The position numbers and the translations under genes are program-made. Below the pieces are notes generated by a model. The model was not told where the DNA came from, made no database searches, and saw only the letters and a program-made list of their open reading frames with translations. From the NCBI GenBank assembly GCA_002269645.1, contig NIVC01001650.1, positions 1 through 64,000 on the forward strand: a stretch of DNA of 64,000 nucleotides, read 5' to 3'. This DNA comes from Macrostomum lignano (Eukaryota). Each line of letters begins with the position of its first letter. The stretch's first letter is position 1. This document shows positions 44,535 through 55,404 of this stretch, piece after piece.

Positions 44535-46465
44535 GACTGTGTAACGAAATGTGCAGCAGAAATGATAAAATGGAATCATTCATCGAACCAATGAGTGGAG
44601 ATGTGCCACTTTAATCATTTTAGGCACAGGAAATGTACGCAGGATAATAAAATTAGCATAGCTCGTAAAATCCAAATCAATAGAGCCATCAGAAAGGCAA
44701 GTCATACCAAAATATGAACATTGGGTCTGCCTTCTATCAAAAACAATTGCACGTTTTGTGCTGAAAAATGAAAACCTCTATTCTCGGTAATGTATTTTTA
44801 GTAAAACATGCCCCCTAAAATTTGTCCAAGAAACATACTTTTCCGTTTTTCTACTTAAGTAGTCCTTGGGCCAAATAAGTTGTAAAATCAGTAAAGTATT
44901 CAAATGCTTAACATGTATTTTGAACGAGCGGCTGATGGCAGATCTGCGTGCTGCATCCATGTACAGGTTAAGTAGAAGGCTCAACATGTACACCTGCAAT
45001 TTCAGGTAAATTTCAATGAACTTGCCGTGGAATTAAGCTGGAAATTATAATTTTGCGGATATGAATTCTCGGTTCTTTAGCACTTAATAGATTACTCATG
45101 GTAAATTCCAATTATTTTAGTTTAAATCTCTTTAGAGAAAGATGAAATGTGACTGGATTGGTTGCTCTCTACCAGTGTCTTTAACTGTGTCCATATGTGT
45201 GCCTACTGAAGGTACAGTAGTAAAATTTGCATATGCAAAGAAAAATTTTCGTCAGAGCGTAAATTTTAATGGGAAGAGATAAGAATGTACATCAGTTTGT
45301 GCATGCCTGTCTGTCAAATTAGACTTGAGTAGTCAGATTGGAACTTACTAGAAATTGCCGCGATATTGCAGCCCTCGCCGCCGAGCCAAGACTGGGGAAT
45401 GAAAATGCCAACGGTATATACAGATGATTTGGCTGCGCTGTGAACAAATAGACTAATCATTTTGCGAACTTAATTAATTCTATAAGATTAAAATAGCTTA
45501 ACTCGAGTGTCAAAGTAGCATTTAAAGGAGGCTGACATCAAGCCCGAGTAGGGACATTTTTCAAGCGCTGGAACCCACTACTGTAACACTTAAACGGATT
45601 CATTTTGTCGTGCTGTGTACATGCTGCTGCTGCTGCTGCTGTACAATTAATGAACTTTTGTGCAAAACATTTCTTCTTTTTGCCTAAGCACTAACCCAGC
45701 TGCTTCTGCATTGTCACTGTGTAGTAGAATTCTTCCTTCTAAACCTAAAATGGAGGAACAGATTTTTGTGAATATCCTTCAAGGGCCTCTCGAAGACCTC
45801 AGATTCGAAGAAAATAGTCAAGGTAACTAGTTTTATTTAAATGAACTGTACGATAAAAGCGGCCGGTAGTGTGGTTGTACAGTTGCATAAGTGTTCGACA
45901 ATTCTTTTCAAAAGTTTGAGTAGTTCATAATCTATATTGGGCACAGCTGAGCTTGCAGTCGCCCTGACAACGCTTCGTCTTATTTGCAGCTGCGATCTAC
46001 CATATAGACAAAATCTCTACACGGACACTAACAATAATGCTAGCGAAGCAGCCCGAGTGATATTGGTAAACTATGCAGACCTTACTATCCATTCATTTCA
46101 GCCCGGTAGCAGCGGCCAGTGCTGGTTTTACAAGTGGGCCTGCATCGCCATGTTTACTGTCTACACTCTATCGAAGTTGCTGACCAGAAAACAACAACAG
46201 CAGCCGCATCTGTACAATCGGCAGCGATTGTCCCAATTGTTGGGTCTGCTGCGTAGGGGCCCTCTTTGGTTGTGGATGAAATTACTAACCCTTAACGAAG
46301 GAGTTCTGCTGCTTCTGCTGCTGGCTGCCTATTTACTGGGCTGGATCGTGACTCAGCTGCTGGTCATATGAACAAATTATTTCTTGAGCTCTTTTTTTGG
46401 CGTAGTCTAAACCAACGTTGAAATTAATCAATAGTTTCTATAGTACGCAAGCGGAATTAGGGGAC

Positions 46466-46633
46466 TAGAGGCGGGCGGAGATTGTTTAGCTAGGCAGGAA
46501 GTGGGGTTGGGTTAACAAGTGTCATACGCCAGCCAATCAGATACAACTGATGGGTAGAGGCGGGGATTGTTTAGCTAGGCAGGGAGTGGGGTTGGGTTAA
46601 CAAGTGTCATACGCCAGCCAATCAGATGCAATT
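46466..46633 (+). promoter_or_regulatory. Tandem duplication (89-bp period, ~2 copies) of a GC-box plus CCAAT-box module
   Basis: GGGCGG/GGCGGGG and AGCCAATCAG in both copies, ~1.1 kb upstream of the MYLIP ATG. Confidence 0.45.
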
Positions 46634-47755
46634 AAGCTGAATTAAATGGTACAATGCTTTCCTCTCTATGAAATGCACTTTTCCGCGTGACTGGTAAAAG
46701 CAACTTCATAATTGAAAGAAATTGCTGGACTAGCTGCCATTCTTTCTTGTTTTTCTCGTTTTTACTTTTGCTGTACACGGCCTATATTTGCTGAATCTAT
46801 TTCTGTTAACTATTAAATAGCATTGTGTGCTTTTGTTCGCCGCCTGGACTCCCGCCTTTCAATCATTTGTACAGTGTCAGCAGCCTTACAACTCTTATTT
46901 GTTGTTCTGTTCGATTGTGGACCAAGCTGTGGCTTATTGCCTCATGCATTAATCTCTCGTACTATTGCTATGCTTTACTTATAAGTATTCTTTGAATAAA
47001 CTGTGGATTCTAAGAGAGAAGATTTACCAAATCGTGGAATGAATTTCAGAGATAACAATTATTTTCTAACCAAGTTTTGGTGAAAATCAGTTGAGCCGTT
47101 TTTTAATCAATCCCATAGCCAGTCGATTGCAACTACATTTTTAGTACTTTAGCTAGTATTTATGAGCATGCAATCTAGAGTTGCGCTTACGTATATGAAA
47201 TTATCTGTTAGAAACAGATAATGTAAGATGATTCGAAAGTCTAGGTTTTTCCTTGAATGAGATTGTTTGGTTGGAACTTGGAACATTGGAATGTGGAGTA
47301 GCAGTCAGTAGTATCTATCTGGTCCATTTGGATTTCCATGCCCATAGCGTACTTACAGGCACTGCTATTAAGGGTCACGCGACACGCGAATGGAAAATGG
47401 CGCATAGTGCTAAAAATAGAATCGAGGCAACCCCATTCTCCCGGCTTTGAGTGCGCCACGCGCATGCTGCGTGGCCCTGCACGAATTGACCTTGACAAGA
47501 AACCATTCCTCACTCGCCAAATTTCGGGTTACCACAGTAGGAGAGGATGGAAAAGGAAGCCCCATGCGCATGTGGCGTGTGCGATTTCAGATTCTCACCC
47601 CCGGAATTCCTCTTATATAAAACAGGATTGCGCACACAGCATACGCCATACAAAAGCGTCTGTTCAAACAAACAGTGAGTGTGTTGATTTGCCTTCATGA
47701 AACAATCGCAATTGTCCTAACAATTAACTATTTTAAAGATTTTTTTCAAAATAAA

Positions 47756-50700
47756 ATGAGTTGCCTCGTTCACTACGAAGTGACTCTGCCAGACGGGCGA
47801 GTTCGGGTTGTCTCGTTCGACAAAAGTGCCAGTGGATACGACTGCATTAAATTGGTGAGCAAAATTTTGCAGTTTGATTTGGCGACCTGAGCAGTGACTG
47901 AGTTTCTTGCTTTCTGTGAGTTAAGCAGTAGTCAAAAAATTCAGTTGGTACAAAAAATCTTAGCAAAAAGTGAAAACATACACAGCTAAGCAGGGATTTC
48001 GGTAAAAAAATCTGACAATGTCACAATGCTCACTGACTTAGATAAAAATAAACATTCGAATATTCGGGTGCGACGTCTAATTTTAGTTTCTGGCATACAG
48101 AAGAGGTCTTGTAGCTAAGAGCAACAATGAAAGACACCCATTTTGCTATGCCCGTCTGAAAATTCGCTTATGTCTACTGATAACTACCAGCATATTGTTG
48201 GCATATTACTAGAGAATTTAAATCTATTTAGCTGAACCCGCCCGCTCCCAACATGTTTGCAGTTGTGCCGCAGTGAGGGCGTATTCGAGGAGGCGGACTA
48301 TTTCGGCTTGACCTATCCAGGCAGCCGAGGCGAGGAGCTCTGGGTCAACAGCCGCAATCGGCTCGCCAAGCAGGTGCCCCGGCCCGGCCGCTGCCAGTTG
48401 CGCCTGGCTGTCAGGTTCTTCGTGCAGCCCCATATGCTGGTGGAAGAGGCGACTCGGTGAGCCAGTCTCTGGGGTGGGCATCGTAGGTTGAGGTCAAGGC
48501 CTAGCCTAAGGAATTCATATAGTAATTCTGGGAGTCCAAGGTCACCCAGCCGCGAGTCCAAGGTCACCCAGCAGGGAGTCCAAGATCACCCAGCAGCGAG
48601 TTCAAGGTCACCCTGTCAAGGTCACTCAGGGAAGTCACGATCACTCTGGTAGCAGGTCACAGGTCAAGGTCATTCTGGAGGCCTATTCGTTCTGGGTTTT
48701 TAGGGTTATCAGGGGTCATTATGGGAGGTCAAGGTTATTTTAAGATTTAGAAAATCATTTTGAATGTCCTCACAGGCAGCTATTTCACTTGGAGGCTCTC
48801 AGGCGCGCTGGCCACCAGCACCCAACCGAAGCTGCTCGCACGACAACCCTAGAACAGGTGGCAAACGGAGCCGCTTACGGCTGTCACTTTCATCCCGTCA
48901 AAGACTGTCAGCGACGAAAACTATTAATTGGAGTTGACTGTGATTCGGTCCTCCTTTGCCGCGCAGATGGCGGAGTTCTGCTGAGGTTGGTGCCAGACTT
49001 TTTTATTCCTGGCCTATCAATATATGCTATATCTGCTACTTTCAATGGGCGTCGGTTTGGCGTTTTTTGGCTAAATTTGTGTTCTGAGTAAAATTTGGCT
49101 TCGGCTGGCTGGTGTGCAAAGTTATTAATCTCTTTCCTTTTTCCTTTCTGACTTTCTTATTGGCTCATGTATACTTTTATCGACCATTAACAGCCCCCAG
49201 CCCTTAGCTCAACCCCCGACCGCGTCTTCTACACGCGAACCCTCTACCCCCCACAGCCCTCCTCTCCCATGTACATTTCCAGCGGGGCGCTAGCCAATGT
49301 ACATTACAGATTGATAACAAGTTGTTTACGGGCTGGGCTGCAAGCGTTCCGCTTTAACAATGGACGTAACTTTTTAGTGGCAGATTTTAGTGGCGCATTT
49401 ATATCCGTATGCTCAGAATGTAATGCATTTTGCAAGAAATTAGCCAGTATAGAAACGCAAGTAACAACAATAATTTATAAATTTAACCAACTATTAAACA
49501 GGTACGCGTTTCCCAGAGTTCAGAAGGTGACCAGAAGCGGCAGGCTGATTTACCTGTTGCTAAGTAATCAAGACGGAATTGCTAGGGAATTTGGTTTCCG
49601 TCTGGCCAGCGGCAAAGCTGCCGAAGGCCTGTACCGCTGCGTGACGGAGACGCACAGTTTCTTCCGCAGCGGCAGCGTGCGCTCCCGGCTGGCGATGCAG
49701 CGGCGGCGGCGGCACCCGCTGCGGAATTCGCCGAGGGTCGGCGACCTTAAGGCCAGTTTGGCGGCGCTCATCAAAGGCGGCGCCGTGGGCAGTGATGCCG
49801 TCAACAGCGAGGCAAAATCCGCTGAGGACTGCTGTGAGCATTGCGCTGCTTGGGGTCTGGGGTTGGTCTGTTTTGTTAGGGTCAGTGGCGTCAGTGGGGT
49901 CAGTGGGGTCAGTGGGATCAGTGGGGTCAGTGGGGTCAGTAGGCTCAGTAGGGCAGTGGCGTCAGTGGGGTCAGTGGGGTCTGGGGTCAGTGGGGTCAGT
50001 GGGATCAGTGGGGTCAGTGGGGTCAGTAGGCTCAGTAGGGCAGTGGCGTCAGTGGGGTCAGTGGGGTCTGGGGTCAGTAGGCTCAGTGGGGTCAGTGGGG
50101 TCAGTGGGGTCAGTAGGCTCAGTAGGGCAGTGCCGTCAGTGGGGTCAGTAGGCTCAGTGGGGTCAGTGGGGTCAGTAGGCTCAGTGGGGTCAGTAGGCTC
50201 AGTGGGGTCAGTGGGGTCAGTGGGCTCAGTGGGGTCAGTGGGGTCAGTAGGCTCAGTGGGGTCAGTAGGCGTTAGTGGGGTCAATAGGCTCAGTAGGGTC
50301 AGTGGGGTCAGTTAGGGTCAGTTGGGGTCCCTTGGGTCAGTGGGGTCAGTTGGGTCAGTTGGGGTCCGTAGAGTCTGTGGGGTCAGTTGGAGTCCGTAGG
50401 GTCTGTGGGGTCAGTTGGGTCAGTGGGTTCTCAGCAGTGCCCTTCCACGCGAGGCCGGCCCCGAACCCGCAGGCCCATGCAGCTGCTACGCTTTCGACGT
50501 TCGCTGCACAGCCAAAGAGGTGCACGACGCGGCCAGGCGCCGTCAGTTCCGTGACCTGCGCAGCGCCGGCGGCGCACTGAAGCCGGCAGTTGCTGCTGCT
50601 GCTACGACCGCAGAGCCGGCCGCCTGTCCTGCCGGGCCAGACGAGGTGAGATTGATGTTCTCTTGCACTACCTGTAATTAGCATGATAATGTAACTTCAT

Positions 50701-50930
50701 AGAATAATGTAAGGTAACTTTAATTTCCGCAGAGCATTAATGCGTTAGCTAGTCGTTTGGAGTGTCTGCTTCAAGAGCGGACCTGCTGCCTGTGCTCCGA
50801 CCAGCCAATCAGTATTGTGCTGGTGCCGTGCAGCCACATGCTGAGCTGCCAGGACTGCTCGGCAAAGCTGCTCGAGTGCCCGATTTGCCGGGGACAAATC
50901 GCTGGCAAGCAGACTGTTTTGCTTCCTTAA
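47756..50930 (+). CDS. MYLIP: MYLIP/IDOL (Drosophila dnr1) FERM-RING E3 ubiquitin ligase, 401 aa, 6 exons
   Basis: Exons 47756-47854, 48263-48456, 48776-48985, 49502-49833, 50473-50645, 50733-50930. FERM F1 (DYFGLTYPGSRGEELWVNSRNR...RFFVQPH), F3 (KLLIGV...AAEGLYRCVTETHSFFR), IDOL-specific YAFDVRCTAKEVHDAARR, C-terminal C3HC4 RING CCLC...PCSHMLSCQDCSAKLLECPICR. Confidence 0.92.
49880..50430. repeat. 9-bp G-rich repeat (GGGGTCAGT), MYLIP intron 4
   Basis: Tandem copies visible. Confidence 0.93.
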
Positions 50931-51374
50931 ATTAGTTGAGTTTACAAAATTCCCTCGTTTTTCTACTGTAAGTAAGCGAGTAGAGACCTGTCTTCCTTCG
51001 AATATTTAGTCTGCAATTTGGCACTTTGCAAAGCAATGCAGACAACTGGAATCTCGAATTGTTTTGTCTTTTTATTTTTTATGCAAAATTATGCTACGTT
51101 TTATGATAGAATGCGAAAAGTATTTCTGCACAGTTTGAAGTGATATTTTTATAACTCTAGACTTTGCGGCACATTGCCTGTTCAATGCAAATTGTACGAG
51201 TGAAGAGCGCTTTTCTCAGTTCTTGCTTGCAATTTTCATTTTTTGCTTTAATAAATTTAAAACGCTATAAAACACGAGTATTTGGCAGTGCAATCAGTTC
51301 GTGAGTGATTTTCTACACGTCTAATTTTTTTGTAAAAATGAAGTTCAGTTGGACGGGAGAGTGAGCGAATGGTC

Positions 51375-52085
51375 AAGCTCGGTGATCTGGTAGGCAAGGG
51401 CAGTGATCTGGTAGATAAGGGCAATGATCTGGTGGACAAAGGCCGTTAGCTGGTGGACAAAGGCCGTTAGCTGGTGGACAAAGGCAGTCAACTAGTGGAC
51501 AAGGGCAGTGATCTGGGGGACAAGGGCAGTCAGCTAGTGGGCAAGGGCAGTGATCTGGGGGACAAGGGCAGTCAGCTAGTGGGCAAGGGCAGTGATCTGG
51601 TGGGCAAGGGCAGTGAGCTGGTGGGCAAGGGCAGTGATCTGGGGGCAAGGGCAGTGAGCTGGTGGGCAAGGGCAGTGATCTGGGGGACAAGGGCAGTTAT
51701 CTGGGGGACAAGGGCAGTCAGCTAGTGGACAAGGGCAGTGATCTGGGGGACAAGGGCAGTCAGCTAGTGGGCAAGGGCAGTGAGCTGGTGGGCAAGAACA
51801 GTGAGCTGGTGGGCAAGGGCAGTGATCTGGGGGACAAGGGCAGTCAGCTAGTGGGCAAGGGCAGTGAGCTGGTGGGCAAGAACAGTGAGCTGGTGGGCAA
51901 GGGCAGTGATCTGGGGGACAAGGGCAGTCAGCTAGTGGGCAAGGGCAGTGAGCTGGTGGGCAAGGGCAGTGAGCTGGTGGGCAAGAACAGTGAGCTGGTG
52001 GGCAAGGGCAGTGATCTGGGGGCAAGGGCAGTGAGCTGGTGGGCAAGGGCAGTCAGCTAGAGCTAGTGAGCAAGGGCAGTGAGCA
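51375..52085. repeat. 21-bp minisatellite (GGGCAAGGGCAGTGATCTGGT)
   Basis: 7-aa period in the translation. Confidence 0.95.
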
Positions 52086-52974
52086 GATTGTTACAATAAA
52101 CTTGCATGAGCCAGCTGATCTCAAACTGAACCCGATCTTCCCATCCTTGATGGGCCGGTCATCGGCTAGCTGGTCACGCAATCCCCCCATTTTTTCGATT
52201 CCCCTTTTCTAACACCTTACAGTACAGCTTTCCCCATGCGATGCAACTGCTAGCTGGGTTTCAGAGGTGAGCAGGCAATGTATCGAAAGCAAGGCGCTGA
52301 GAGTGCAGCTGTGCCAGCCGGGCCGGAGTGTCGGGTTACGGTTCCTCGCGTCCTGCCGGCTAGACCTTCTGCTTATACCATAAGCCTGCGCTGGGCTCAA
52401 ACGGTTCTCCAAACAGTAGCTGTGTCACGCTCAGAGAGCGAGCTCGGCTTGTGTGAAGCAGCAGCTTTTAGGAGAACAGAGCAAATGCAAGGCTAGAAAA
52501 TAAGTTCAAGCATTTTAGCCACCGTTTTGATTTAGCGTGTCAGGGCTATTTATTTATTTGTTTATTGCCTACGAAATTATTGCCTCCATTTTAATGCGCC
52601 ATTTTAAAGGGAACAGAAAAGTCAGAAACAAAATAATAATTTACACAATGGTAGATTGACTGGACTGCAAAGCCAGGCAAAATGCAAGCAAAATTGCAGC
52701 CTTCTAAAGATACAAAGTACTCGTACGATATCCAGGGGCCGTCCCAGTAGCGTCGAAGCTTAGAAAACGAGGATGACAAAACAATCTAGCTAGAAGCGAA
52801 GACAACGTCACAGCCTTGGTTGCTAGTGACGTCATAGTCAAATGCAAGATAGTGACGGGATTCTCCAGGTGAGGGAATGAAGCTACAGCCAATGGGGAAA
52901 AGGATGCATCAAAGCGTCAATCGAGGGTACCGTAGCGTCATCGAGCAGAGTCTAATTAGCTGCACAAATCCGGG

Positions 52975-55404
52975 CTAAACATCGGTTGTCAAGGTGACAG
53001 CCGCGGAACCACCGAGAACGTGACCTTGTAACAGCGGCTGCGTCCGCGGTGGCAGCGGTGGCGGCAGCAGCAGCTCGCGTTCCACCAGCAGCCGCGTCGC
53101 TGGCAGGCGGCCGCCACCTCGGCGCTGGTCGCCGGCACCGCGCCAGGAGTCCGGGCGATGCAGCGGGCAGCGGGCGCCGGCGATGGCCGGGTCGCTTCCG
53201 CTCGGAGCCCCGCAGCCTGCGCCCTCATCTTCGCTGCTGAAATCGTCACTGTCATCCTCCTGGCCGAGCCGGCCGGCCACGGGGAAATTGGCGCTGCCAC
53301 CAGCCGGATTGGCGTCGGCACAGACGCCACCGCGCAGCAGAAAAAGCGCCGATGCCGACGCCGACGCCGGATCGCGAGCGTACCGAGGCAGTGCCGTCAT
53401 GGAGTCGTACGGAGAGCCACAACCGCCCGGCGGTACATAATCGGGCGAGACGCAGCCGCCAGCCGAGCCCCACAGCATCGGCAGCTGCCCCTGCATTGCT
53501 GCCATCGGCTGCGTCGACGGTGGCTGCAGCGGCGGCGATGTTGGCGGCGCCTTGTCTGGTGTGTCCTGACTGCGCCGGTAGCGCAGCACGGCGAATACCA
53601 CGGCCACCAGGGCCAGCAGGAACAGCAGCACGGAGCCGATACCGGCCCAGAGAATCACCGACTGGTCGACAATCTGCTGTTCCCTGACCACCACCGAGTT
53701 GGTGGTGTTGGGCCGCTGCACGCACTTCCTGAGGCGGAACTCGGCAGGAGGCTCGGGTTCTCCTTGTGCACCGAAACAGCGCAGGCCGCGAATCCCGTCG
53801 CCGAGGAGTCGCCGCTGCCGCTCCCAGGCGTCCGGCTCGAGCTGGGAGCAGCTGCAGCGGACGGTGACGGAAGCGCCAAGGTCCACACGTGGCGGCGTGG
53901 CGCGGCCGGCGGACGCCAGATTGAGCAGGCTGGGCGGTAGGCTGAGCAGCGGGTTGCCGCTGAGGTTCAGCCAGTGCAGGCTGGTGAAGGCGGCCAGCGG
54001 GGCGAAATCCGTAGCCGCAGTGATGCGGTTTCTGCTCAGGTCGATCCGCTGCACAAGACTGGCGTTGGCGAGCTTGCCGGCGAATTTGAGGCTGGATATC
54101 CGGTTGTCGGCCAGCAGCAGATTGTAGCGCACCGGGTGCACGCTGGCTGGAAGGCGCCGCGGCAAAGCTGAAAGCCCGGCGCCGCGGCATTTCAGTGTCA
54201 GCTCGGACGGCATGACGCGCTCGGTGCAGCCGCAGCCGGTCGGACAGTCGTCGGTGTGCTCGCAGCGGAGATCCGTATCGGCCAAGCTCGTGATGTTTTT
54301 CCTGCTGACATAGCCACCACCTGGGAGGCTGGTGGGGTCGCAGCGCAGGCGGAGCCAGTAAGCCAGCGACAGCGCGTTCCGCCTGGAAAACTCGTCCGGA
54401 TCCCGGTGAACCCGGCGCAGGAATGACCACGCGGACAGCAGGCGGCAGTCGCAGGTGACCGTCGAGTCGGTGTTGTCGATGTACAAAAACGACCGGAAGG
54501 CGTCCCGGTAGAGCTTCAGCGCGTTTACCACGGCGTCAGTGGCCGCGTCAGAGTCGGAGTCCAGGCTGGGCACCGGGAGGCCCCAGAGGGTGCGGCCGTC
54601 GGCAAAGGCCTCCGGGCCGATGCGGTTTTGCACGAGCTGCACGGACAGGCGGGCGTAGTAGTTCGGGTCCTGGGTGCGCCGCCAGTTCCGCTCGGCGGCG
54701 ATCGCGGCCACCTTGTCGGGCGTCCAGCGCCATCGGAGCCGGTCGGTGACGCGGGACACCCGGTTGTAACTCAGGTCGATGTCCTGCAGGCTGGGCAGGC
54801 GCACCAGTGAGATGTCCACCTGCTTGATGCGGCAGCGGCTGGCCAGGATCGTCTTGAGCGCCGCGCTGCTGCGGCCTGACTGAGACTGCAGCGCCTCGCT
54901 GAGGTAGAGCGACTCCAGCTGGCGGTTGTCGGACAGGTCCAGCTGCTCGAGGCCCGGCAGGCGGAGGAACTGCGAGATGTCGGCCTCGCGAAGGCGGTTG
55001 GCCCGCAGGCTGAGCCAGCGCAGGCGGGACAGGCAGCCGGGCCTGTCGGACAGCTGGCCGGCAGGATAGCGGAATTCGGCTATCAAATTCTCGGCCAAGT
55101 CCAGGCCGGACAGCTGATCGAACTGGCAGAATCCGGACAGGGGAGCCTCGGACAGTTGGGCGCGGCGCATGGTGAAGTTGAGCACCCGGTCGGGCTGGTA
55201 GGCCGTCTCGTGCAGGTGGCAGCGCTCGGGGAAATTGTTGCTGGGCCGGCACTCGTGGGCGGTGAGCATTCGGTAGTCGCCGCCGCCCGAGCTTGACCGA
55301 ATATTTTTCACCTGGACGCTGTGGCAAAATCGCCAGGGACAGCCGACTGCCACAGGTGGCAGCAGCAACAGCAGAAGCAGCGGCAGCAGCGTCTCCGGCC
55401 TCAT
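52975..55404 (-). CDS. Intronless LRR type-I transmembrane receptor with Toll-like multi-cysteine-cluster ectodomain, no TIR, 809 aa
   Basis: Single open frame. ATG at 55404 gives signal peptide MRPETLLPLLLLLLLPPVAVG; ~6 LRRs (LDLAEN, LSLRAN, LDLSDN, LASRC, IDLSYN, LVQN); LRRCT (CDC...LRC...LRC) directly followed by LRRNT (CPTGCGC...C); 3 LRRs (LLADN, IDLSRN, LNLSGN); second CSC...C...C cluster; TM VILWAGIGSVLLFLLALVAVVFAVL (~53584-53658); ~200 aa low-complexity tail. Confidence 0.88.
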   Translation of the reverse strand: MRPETLLPLLLLLLLPPVAVGCPWRFCHSVQVKNIRSSSGGGDYRMLTAHECRPSNNFPERCHLHETAYQPDRVLNFTMRRAQLSEAPLSGFCQFDQLSGLDLAENLIAEFRYPAGQLSDRPGCLSRLRWLSLRANRLREADISQFLRLPGLEQLDLSDNRQLESLYLSEALQSQSGRSSAALKTILASRCRIKQVDISLVRLPSLQDIDLSYNRVSRVTDRLRWRWTPDKVAAIAAERNWRRTQDPNYYARLSVQLVQNRIGPEAFADGRTLWGLPVPSLDSDSDAATDAVVNALKLYRDAFRSFLYIDNTDSTVTCDCRLLSAWSFLRRVHRDPDEFSRRNALSLAYWLRLRCDPTSLPGGGYVSRKNITSLADTDLRCEHTDDCPTGCGCTERVMPSELTLKCRGAGLSALPRRLPASVHPVRYNLLLADNRISSLKFAGKLANASLVQRIDLSRNRITAATDFAPLAAFTSLHWLNLSGNPLLSLPPSLLNLASAGRATPPRVDLGASVTVRCSCSQLEPDAWERQRRLLGDGIRGLRCFGAQGEPEPPAEFRLRKCVQRPNTTNSVVVREQQIVDQSVILWAGIGSVLLFLLALVAVVFAVLRYRRSQDTPDKAPPTSPPLQPPSTQPMAAMQGQLPMLWGSAGGCVSPDYVPPGGCGSPYDSMTALPRYARDPASASASALFLLRGGVCADANPAGGSANFPVAGRLGQEDDSDDFSSEDEGAGCGAPSGSDPAIAGARCPLHRPDSWRGAGDQRRGGGRLPATRLLVERELLLPPPLPPRTQPLLQGHVLGGSAAVTLTTDV

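Noticed and set aside
52827-52836. Perfect CRE (TGACGTCA)
   Set aside because: A single 8-mer downstream of the LRR gene, expected by chance in 64 kb.
53158-55327. Overlapping alternative-frame and antisense ORFs in the LRR gene and other GC-rich exons
   Set aside because: Shadow ORFs from GC-rich codon usage; no recognisable domains.
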